A stretch of DNA of 10,114 bases from an uncultured archaeon (GTDB lineage Archaea; Asgardarchaeota; Lokiarchaeia; Sigyniarchaeales; SOKP01), in assembly GCA_964388035.1 (NCBI GenBank), contig CAYLZE010000140.1, forward strand, positions 1,219 to 11,332, written 5' to 3'. The stretch's first letter is position 1; every line of letters begins with the position of its first letter. Below, piece after piece: positions 1 to 6,718 of this stretch. Under the pieces are notes generated by a model. That model worked only from the letters and a program-made list of their open reading frames with translations, made no database searches and had not been told where the DNA came from. Position numbers and translations under genes: made by a program.

Positions 1-84
1 TTCAGACTCCTTAATCTTTCTAAGTTGTTTAAATTTAAGATTTATGTTATGAGCAAAAGATCTATCATTATTATAAATCATGAG

Positions 85-783
85 TTAAAACTGTTTTCCT
101 ACTCCGTAATAAATAGTATAAGTGCTTATTAAGGCAAATAAAGAGAGTAAGGACCAAATTGTTCTAAATACCGAATCATTAATAAAATTGGAAATGGACG
201 TTCCTCCCCATACAAAATAATATAGCCAAATCCCGATCAAGTAATATCTAAATCTTACTTTAATCTCCTCATTTTCCAAACGAGAATAAATCTTTAATGA
301 AAAGTAGGTCGTGGGGATTATTGCCATTCCAAGGCACACGAAAAAAGCATACAGAAAAAATGTGAGATTCCATACTGGTTTCCAGTTAGTAGATGCATCG
401 ATAGTCACTCCCCCATTCATGCCAATTATAAAACATCCGGATAGAAGAAGAGCGAAGATACCTATTAATAAGAACTGTTTCGTAGAATTTACTATTCTAT
501 TTGATTTAAGAAGCATCAAGCTGAAAATCAAGAGGAAAATTAATCCAAAACAGAATAAATAATATGTTAATAAATGTAAAACCATTACCAAGGGATTCAT
601 GGTAAGAGCGGCATAAATCACGTTAATTACTGTTCCGGATGCTACGGTAATAAAAAACAATGATAATATTTGATTAATTCTTTTAGTAGATCGCCGAAGA
701 ATTAGAAAGGCAATAAAAAGAAAGTATATTCCTCCTGCCCCTAATTGAACTACATAGATTTGAATTATCCTAGCGAGATCCAT
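85..783 (-). CDS. Stand-alone seven-transmembrane protein (resembles the HisKA_7TM-type sensor domain, no output domain)
   Basis: 232 aa with seven hydrophobic segments. Basic loops follow TM1 (RRSTKR), TM3 (KSNR..K) and TM5 (KIYSR..KVRFR), implying N-out/C-in. A longer TM4-TM5 loop reads GVTIDASTNWKPVW. The protein ends right after TM7 and has no mid-TM7 Lys. Confidence 0.8.
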   Translation of the reverse strand: MDLARIIQIYVVQLGAGGIYFLFIAFLILRRSTKRINQILSLFFITVASGTVINVIYAALTMNPLVMVLHLLTYYLFCFGLIFLLIFSLMLLKSNRIVNSTKQFLLIGIFALLLSGCFIIGMNGGVTIDASTNWKPVWNLTFFLYAFFVCLGMAIIPTTYFSLKIYSRLENEEIKVRFRYYLIGIWLYYFVWGGTSISNFINDSVFRTIWSLLSLFALISTYTIYYGVGKQF

Positions 784-816
784 TATATCTGGTAAATTAT
801 ATCAGGTAAATTATAT
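782..816. repeat. 14-bp tandem repeat, 2.5 copies, abutting the 7TM start codon
   Basis: attatatctggtaa (782-795), attatatcaggtaa (796-809), attatat (810-816). Confidence 0.8.
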
Positions 817-935
817 TCGTTATGTAATGCATACAGTGTTTTTCATTTATTTAATTTTTTATAACAAAAAATAGATCCCATTAAATCTTGAAATAGGATA
901 AAAATAACAAGTATAAGAGAGTATATTCACAAAAA

Positions 936-986
936 TAAATTCAGATTTAATTACTCATTAGACCTTGATATTCAAGTTACTCATCA
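936..986. promoter_or_regulatory. Three-box intergenic element, copy A (TAWATTCA-N7-TWACTCATTA-N16-TTACTCATSA)
   Basis: Aligns without gaps to 3656-3706 (31/51 identical by hand count, concentrated in three boxes). Confidence 0.5.
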
Positions 987-999
987 AGAAGATCACTTT

Positions 1000-1305
1000 C
1001 TAATAAGAAGGACGTTTGCTTCTACCTTTCCTTTTATCAAAACCTTTTCGATTACCACTATTATTATCATTAAATGGTCTTCTCTTTCGGGGACCTTTTT
1101 CTACCACCACCACGTTGCTAGCTTGTGGACCTTTATCGCCATCGGTTACTTCGAATTCAACTTTATCTTCTTCATAAAGTTTCTTGAACTCGTTCTCGTC
1201 GGCCTGAATGGCGGAAAAGTGAACGAAAATGTCGCTACCATCTTCTCCGGTGATAAATCCGTATCCTTTTTTAGAATTAAACCATTTTACGGTTCCCTTT
1301 GCCAA
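1000..1305 (-). CDS. cspA: Cold-shock domain protein (CspA family) with basic C-terminal extension
   Basis: [11 protein letters not shown]1 KGYGFI, RNP2 DIFVHFSAI, and [18 protein letters not shown] start. About 33-aa Arg/Lys/Gly/Asn-rich tail. Confidence 0.95.
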   Translation of the reverse strand: MAKGTVKWFNSKKGYGFITGEDGSDIFVHFSAIQADENEFKKLYEEDKVEFEVTDGDKGPQASNVVVVEKGPRKRRPFNDNNSGNRKGFDKRKGRSKRPSY

Positions 1306-1559
1306 TTCTAAAACCAGTTCTTACCTATTTATTATTTTAATTTAAATGCAAAAAGTTATTAATAATAAGCATGCATGGAAAATAAATTTATTCTTTTCGA
1401 ACTTTAATTAAATTAAGCTTATAACGGGACGGGAGGGTCTCTTCTTAATTGGTAAGGGAATCAATCTGTAATTCACTTGTAACAGGGGTAGAGTCTATAT
1501 TATTGAGTACTGATTGAAGTGAACGCGAGATGTTCTAAATTGCACGCTAAGAAAAGGTG

Positions 1560-2114
1560 TCATGAATTTAAGGAGAAGCCTTGCTTTTCCAAGGGATTAA
1601 TATTAAGGCCATAATAATTTCTTGCGATATAGATAATTTGTTTTTGTTTTGATGGATTTAATTTTCCATTCTCAAGTAAGTCATCTCTGACATGTACTTC
1701 CAAGACTTCACCAAGATAAATATCGTGAGTACCAAGGGATATTTTTTTTACGATTTTGCATTCAATATTAATGGGGAATTCTTGTATTAAGGGTACTTGG
1801 ACGCGTGATCCCTTTTCTTTGGTTAACCCTAATTCTTCCCATTTATTTATTTTTTTCCCCGTGCGCGTGCCGCAAAAGTCCGTTTCCCTGAGCTGATCAT
1901 TAAAGGGGATATTAATGACATACTCTCCCAATTCTTCGATGAGAGCATGGGAATACCGAGAGGGTCTAATGGAGATGGACATGATCGGTGGTTCGGACAC
2001 CACCCGAGCAACCCAGGCAAGAGTTATGAGATTTGACTTTTCCCAAGAACCCACGGAAATTACCACTGCGGGAGAAGGTATGGGAGTGATATCATTATCT
2101 ATTTGTTTTTTCAT
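1560..2114 (-). CDS. Flavin reductase-like FMN-binding protein (flavoredoxin/DIM6-NTAB family)
   Basis: Motifs PSPAVVIS, NLITLAW, SIRPSRYSH, EYVINIP, DFCG, IECK, GTHDIYLGEV. Confidence 0.92.
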   Translation of the reverse strand: MKKQIDNDITPIPSPAVVISVGSWEKSNLITLAWVARVVSEPPIMSISIRPSRYSHALIEELGEYVINIPFNDQLRETDFCGTRTGKKINKWEELGLTKEKGSRVQVPLIQEFPINIECKIVKKISLGTHDIYLGEVLEVHVRDDLLENGKLNPSKQKQIIYIARNYYGLNINPLEKQGFSLNS

Positions 2115-2288
2115 TATTTTACTCTAATTCATTTAAGGATTTAACTTTTTAGTAAATAAACCCAAATTTGTCATTTTTATTATCAAACTGGCAAGGTATT
2201 CTTAAAAAAATAAGGATTTCTCCTTTTCGCAATTTAATAGAGGATTTATAATTAAATATAGAAGAGAATAGGAAAGTCCCTTCTTATC

Positions 2289-2302
2289 TGATGAGCTCAT
2301 CA
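2289..2302. promoter_or_regulatory. Perfect 14-bp palindrome TGATGAGCTCATCA
   Basis: Self-complementary sequence in the intergenic region upstream of the flavin reductase gene; built from two CTCATCA half-sites. Confidence 0.45.
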
Positions 2303-2423
2303 ATCTTCCCCTTTTAAGAAACCGTATTAAATTAAATGGTATTGTGTTCTCGAATTAGAAATGTTATTAATTTACTCTTCTTCTCATGAAAAATTGGTAC
2401 CAATCATTATAAATTGGATAAAT

Positions 2424-2460
2424 GCATGAATTAATGAAGGAGGCATGATTTAATGAAGGA
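2424..2460. repeat. 18-bp direct repeat, two copies
   Basis: gcatgaattaatgaagga (2424-2441) and gcatgatttaatgaagga (2443-2460), one mismatch. Confidence 0.8.
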
Positions 2461-2539
2461 AAATAGTATTTATCTAAGCCAACAATTAGAAGAATATTAT
2501 AATTTCAAAATTTTGTATTTTAAATTAATTTTAGAGAAT

Positions 2540-2547
2540 AAAAAAAA
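2540..2547 (-). terminator. Archaeal-type oligo-T terminator
   Basis: T8 run on the minus strand, 12 nt after the stop at 2560. Confidence 0.5.
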
Positions 2548-2559
2548 GAGAATACAAAT

Positions 2560-3366
2560 TTAAAGCTTGCTTCCACATGAAGGGCAATATTCTATTTTTT
2601 CCTCTACTTTCGCCCCACAATACGAGCAAAATTTAGTTTGCGTGCTTGAACCATCCGCTACACGAGGAATTATTTTCTTTTGCTCAGAATATTCATTTAT
2701 CGGTTTAGGAACTGCTTGAATGGGTATATTTTGAGGGGATTGTCGGTAAACAGGTTGCTGGGGTGGTGGCTGCTGGTAAATAGGTTGTTGGGGCGGCATT
2801 TGAATTTGAGACGCTTGTATCGCTCTGGATTTGGAGGACCTCGTTTTAACTATAGCGACAATCACACCAATAAATACTATAGCAATGATAATTCCAATAA
2901 ACACTGCTTCTATGGGAAGAGGATCAAAAACAACATTATATGAGAGAGAAGTAGATTGTCTGTCTGGATCTAAATTCAGGAATATAACATACCATACATC
3001 AGAGTATGGTACTTGAAATTCTCCTGAATCTGAACGGTAATTTCCATGAGATAACCAATAGTAGGTAAAGGTATTTCCATTTTTAAAATTGGCGAATTCT
3101 TGATAATCCATTGCTATTGCCGTGATACCTACATAAGTATTTGAGCCCTCAAAACTCCATTTTATGGAATGAGAAGCAGTATCATGTTCTGCAACATAGT
3201 AATTATAATATAGGGTTAAGGTATCTGATACGGAAGGTTTAATTTTAGAATCGTTATTTTTCCCTTCTTGGTTGTTAGCTACAATGATGGGAAAAAATAT
3301 CGTTCCAAAAACTATCATTGATAGCAAAAGTATCGTGAAATAATAGGATGTTTTCTTAAGTTTCAT
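2560..3366 (-). CDS. Membrane protein: signal/TM, GOLD(emp24/p24)-like extracellular beta domain, TM, Pro/Gln-rich linker, C-terminal zinc ribbon
   Basis: N-terminal basic + hydrophobic signal; SGEFQVPYSDVWYVIFLN strand motif; TM AVFIGIIIAIVFIGVIVAIV followed by KTRSSKSR; PPQQPIYQQPPPQQPVYRQ; CSYCG...CPSCG. Confidence 0.8.
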   Translation of the reverse strand: MKLKKTSYYFTILLLSMIVFGTIFFPIIVANNQEGKNNDSKIKPSVSDTLTLYYNYYVAEHDTASHSIKWSFEGSNTYVGITAIAMDYQEFANFKNGNTFTYYWLSHGNYRSDSGEFQVPYSDVWYVIFLNLDPDRQSTSLSYNVVFDPLPIEAVFIGIIIAIVFIGVIVAIVKTRSSKSRAIQASQIQMPPQQPIYQQPPPQQPVYRQSPQNIPIQAVPKPINEYSEQKKIIPRVADGSSTQTKFCSYCGAKVEEKIEYCPSCGSKL

Positions 3367-3477
3367 ATTTAATCTTAGAAATTATTTTCTAAAAGTGTCA
3401 TGAAATAACTTGCTTTTAAATTTATCAAAAAAAGAGTTATAAGTATCATGTACCATTTTTAAAATGATTTTAGGTCC

Positions 3478-3500
3478 TCGAGATCTATTGAGGATCTCGA
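3478..3500. promoter_or_regulatory. 8-bp inverted repeat with 7-nt spacer
   Basis: tcgagatc (3478-3485) / gatctcga (3493-3500). Confidence 0.4.
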
Positions 3501-3655
3501 TAAATAAGATTGACTAAAGTAATAAATGAATTTATCTCAAACACATGGTCTATTATATTAATAAGTTAATTGAAAGAGGTTGATTGTGCGTGAAAAAAAA
3601 GGCTGGAGTGCAAATCTAATGAATAACTGCTTTTCTGAAAATTATAATTGAGCTT

Positions 3656-3706
3656 TATATTCAAAACTGTTAACTCATTATTTAAAGAGTAGTAATTTAC
3701 TCATGA
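3656..3706. promoter_or_regulatory. Three-box intergenic element, copy B
   Basis: tatattca-N7-taactcatta-N16-ttactcatga; same box spacing as 936-986. Confidence 0.5.
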
Positions 3707-3783
3707 GAAATGCTGGCATCTTCCTTTCCTAATTTAATCAACACTCTTTACCTTCAAATCGAATTAATTACTAAAATAAAAAT

Positions 3784-3791
3784 AAAAAAAA
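3784..3791 (-). terminator. Archaeal-type oligo-T terminator
   Basis: T8 run followed by further T tracts on the minus strand shortly after the stop at 3806. Confidence 0.5.
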
Positions 3792-3805
3792 GTAGAAATT
3801 TTAAA

Positions 3806-5662
3806 TTACAAATATATTACTAATCCTACCATCTCAATCCAGATAGCTATGGCAGTAAACATGAAAGCTCCGAGAAAGACTCTTCCCGTATTGCGATAAA
3901 AGAAAATCGACAAGAAAAACAATACACTTGCCAAGGGGATGAATGACATGAGTTGGATTTCCATCATCGGGGATACCCACAAAATGGAATTGAGGATGGG
4001 GCTTCCTCCAAACCACATGGGGGCGTATTGAACTAAAATGACAACCACGATACCCATGAGCATGGCATAACAGACCTTAAGCCACCACACGACGTATGTT
4101 TTTATAGTGGATGATTCTTCTTTTTGTCGCAGCATCCCAAATAGAAAAACTCCGCCATTTAATACACTAAATGCTAGTAAAGCCCAAATATAGAACCAAA
4201 AATCAATGAAACGGGTTGTTACAGTAAAGGGTTTTAGGAAGGACCATATTCCTCGAAGTTCCACGTTCAAGAGATAATAAGCAGGAAGCGTCCATGCATA
4301 CATCCACGCAAATAGAATGATTGCGATCAATAATGTTTTTCCCAGAATGTCCCAGTTTATAGGTACTTTTTGCCCTTCTGTGCCTTCGAATCCAAATCCT
4401 AAATCTTGGAGAGTAAGGCTTTGATCTTCTTTCTTAGTAGACTTGTACCAGGATCTAATGAATATTAGGGAGATAACGGCATTTACAATGAAAAATAACA
4501 TGAAAGCTGATGCGATGCCTATCGTGTAAAATGGGGGGAGAATGAGTGGATTTGGGAAAGTATCTGTAAATCCAAAAGGTAAATAAGGGGTAAGGAGCAG
4601 ATAGGTTATTCCTCCAATCGCCGTGTTGAGGGTTGCAAACATCCACCATTTCTTTTTTTCGGGAGTAATGATACGTTCGGGCATCGGTTGGGCGACTCCC
4701 TTAAAAAAAGAGGTTCTTATCAATAATTTAAAAAGTGGAAGTATTGAAATAAGGGTTGCCAAGAGCGCAATTAACCCAAAAACTTCGCATCCTATCCAAA
4801 TTTGGTGTGAAGGATCAGCAATGACCCAAGCTTCTGATTCTGATAACCCTTTTAGGGCTTGAAGCATCCAAGCAACGATTTCTGATGTTCCTTTAATGTT
4901 GCAAGTTATTCCAGGATGAGTTGACATTAATAATGCATATCTTCTGGCCGAACCATCGGAAAAACTCCCGTATGTCTTATCTGCTTCTCCCACGGAACCG
5001 CCATTATTAATGCCGATTTGTTGATACCCACTTTCTAACCAAGTTTGTTCATCTTCTGTAGCTGCTCTTCCAAATTCTTCTCGTGTTGCCCATAAGTGAA
5101 GCAAGTTATGGTATGCTGGATTCGCATCATCGGGACTGGGAGCAAATGCTTGAACAGCGATTGCATCGTGGTCCGGAAATGCAAGCGCTATTTGTCTTGC
5201 ATTATCAGAGCCCATGGAGTGGCCGAAAATGCCCATTTTATCTCCATTGACGAAAGGTAAACTTTTAAGATAAACATAACCGTCAAAATAACTTTTCGTG
5301 GGCAAAATCAAGTCATCTAATAAAGAGCCCCCAGAATCCCCATGTCCTGCTTGATCGAGGGAAAGAACAACAAATCCTGCTCGTGCTAATTCAAGTGACG
5401 CGGGTCTTTCCACGTCCTTATCATTATTAAAACCATGCAAGCCGAGAATGCCCGGAGCGGGATTAGAAGCTGTTACTCCAATCGGACGAAATAACTTACC
5501 CACGAGTCGCTCGCCGTTTGATCCAATGAACGTGATGGTTTGAACCTCCACTTGTCCAAAATTATTCTGAAAAGCCGATGACATGACGGCAGAGACGTTT
5601 AAAAGGATGACACAGAAAATCAAGGAAAGAGCCATTTTATCTTTCTTCAAATTTTCTAACAT
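3806..5662 (-). CDS. Membrane-anchored alpha/beta-fold serine hydrolase fused to a multi-pass membrane domain
   Basis: N-terminal TM; oxyanion LHGF; LARAGFVVLSLDQAGHGDS; nucleophile elbow GHSMG; likely catalytic His in STHPG; about 8 TM helices in the C-terminal half. Confidence 0.9.
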   Translation of the reverse strand: MLENLKKDKMALSLIFCVILLNVSAVMSSAFQNNFGQVEVQTITFIGSNGERLVGKLFRPIGVTASNPAPGILGLHGFNNDKDVERPASLELARAGFVVLSLDQAGHGDSGGSLLDDLILPTKSYFDGYVYLKSLPFVNGDKMGIFGHSMGSDNARQIALAFPDHDAIAVQAFAPSPDDANPAYHNLLHLWATREEFGRAATEDEQTWLESGYQQIGINNGGSVGEADKTYGSFSDGSARRYALLMSTHPGITCNIKGTSEIVAWMLQALKGLSESEAWVIADPSHQIWIGCEVFGLIALLATLISILPLFKLLIRTSFFKGVAQPMPERIITPEKKKWWMFATLNTAIGGITYLLLTPYLPFGFTDTFPNPLILPPFYTIGIASAFMLFFIVNAVISLIFIRSWYKSTKKEDQSLTLQDLGFGFEGTEGQKVPINWDILGKTLLIAIILFAWMYAWTLPAYYLLNVELRGIWSFLKPFTVTTRFIDFWFYIWALLAFSVLNGGVFLFGMLRQKEESSTIKTYVVWWLKVCYAMLMGIVVVILVQYAPMWFGGSPILNSILWVSPMMEIQLMSFIPLASVLFFLSIFFYRNTGRVFLGAFMFTAIAIWIEMVGLVIYL

Positions 5663-6176
5663 GTGAATTTCATTTTTTTATAGTCTAAAGTGTTTAGTAA
5701 ATTGATTAAAAATAGTTATTGATATACGAATATATAAAGGTTTTAGTTTTTTCAAAAAAAGGTAAAGTTATATTTTCTAAGATCAATTAATCAGTATACC
5801 CTCATGATGGCTAAGAAAGACCATTCACTCCATACAATGTAAGGTAAATCATTGATTCTCCCAAATTTTATTTTTAACGTAAGCAGAATCGTATCGAGAA
5901 GACCATGTATAAGAAAGTAAGCATTAGATCTTAGAAGTAGGAAATTACATTATCCTTAGCAGGCAACTCTACGTATTATGGAGAGATAAATGTCCTTGGA
6001 TTACTATTGCTAAATTAAAGTTAATTGATTCCATTTCAACCTCACAAAAAACTTTATATTTAGAATTGATACTACTTTACTTCAATCCAATTTTTCACAA
6101 AAGAAATCTACCTAAATAAAAAATACATGGAAAAAGAAGTTCAAGAATTCATTAAAAGTCAATAAAGAGGATTACA

Positions 6177-6701
6177 ATGAAAGTAAATAAATGGTTATAT
6201 ATTTTCTTGTTTCTTTTTACATTAGTTTTTATGTTACCTTACGGAACTGCTTCACAAACGGTATATAACCATGATGATGAAATTCTCCCTAATGATGATA
6301 CAAATGTTGGTCTTGTATGTGTTGTAGGAGATCTTGTAGAGATTAATTATACCATCAAATCCGGACCCGGCCTTAATGTATGGTTTTGTAAAGAAGAAGC
6401 TTTAAGTTCAGGAGTCCCACCTTCAAGCTATATTTATCGTGACATGAACTCTAAAAGGGGATCTTGGAGTTACACTGTAGAATCAAATGATACTTATTCT
6501 TTGGTATTCAAAAATCCAAGTGATGAAAAAGTGTCATTTAGTTGGGATTATAGGGTTACGCACAAGATGGGTTCTACGAGTACAACTAATCCATCTAATG
6601 TAATTCCATTTGGGAGCATTTACTTCATCATCTTTTCAATTGGTACTATTTCCGTGATCTTGCTTATAAAATCGAGAAATAAATTTATCATTAAAAAATA
6701 A
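6177..6701 (+). CDS. Surface protein with GOLD(emp24/p24)-like domain and IPFG-TM-basic C-terminal anchor
   Basis: Signal peptide MKVNKWLYIFLFLFTLVFML; GSWSYTVESNDTYSLVFKN strand motif; Ser/Thr linker STSTTNPS; IPFG + TM + KSRNKFIIKK; sequons NYT and NDT. Confidence 0.75.
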   Translation: MKVNKWLYIFLFLFTLVFMLPYGTASQTVYNHDDEILPNDDTNVGLVCVVGDLVEINYTIKSGPGLNVWFCKEEALSSGVPPSSYIYRDMNSKRGSWSYTVESNDTYSLVFKNPSDEKVSFSWDYRVTHKMGSTSTTNPSNVIPFGSIYFIIFSIGTISVILLIKSRNKFIIKK

Positions 6702-6711
6702 ATAATAATTA

Positions 6712-6718
6712 TTTTTTT
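6712..6718 (+). terminator. Oligo-T terminator candidate
   Basis: T7 run 10 nt after the stop at 6701. Confidence 0.4.

Noticed and set aside
1-132. Open plus-strand frame from the window edge
   Set aside because: It overlaps the 7TM 3' end and has no recognisable content; an SD-like AAGGAG (minus strand, 7-12) instead hints at a minus-strand gene starting outside the window
311-562. 83-aa plus-strand ORF
   Set aside because: Antisense shadow of the 7TM gene with no recognisable features
85-783. Microbial rhodopsin or heliorhodopsin
   Set aside because: No retinal-binding Lys in TM7 and no helix-C rhodopsin motif
1123-1311. 62-aa plus-strand ORF
   Set aside because: Antisense to the well-supported cspA
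1915-2127. 70-aa plus-strand ORF
   Set aside because: Antisense to the flavin reductase gene
2272-2322. Hammerhead ribozyme-like core (CTGATGAG with nearby GAAA)
   Set aside because: Stems I and II cannot be formed in any permutation I tried; CTGATGAG is explained by the palindrome
2680-3016. Two short plus-strand ORFs
   Set aside because: Antisense shadows of the 268-aa gene; the apparent repeat derives from its PQ repeat
3375-3392. ttagaaa-N4-tttctaa inverted repeat
   Set aside because: Almost entirely A/T and expected by chance at this composition
936-3706. CRISPR array interpretation of the box/spacer elements and short direct repeats
   Set aside because: Repeats are too short, have only two units, and there are no cas genes
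3834-4862. Three short ORFs nested in the hydrolase gene
   Set aside because: Alternate-frame or antisense ORFs with no protein-like signal
6672-6701. COPI-type KKxx retrieval signal
   Set aside because: The lysines are at -1/-2, not -3/-4; a generic positive-inside tail explains it
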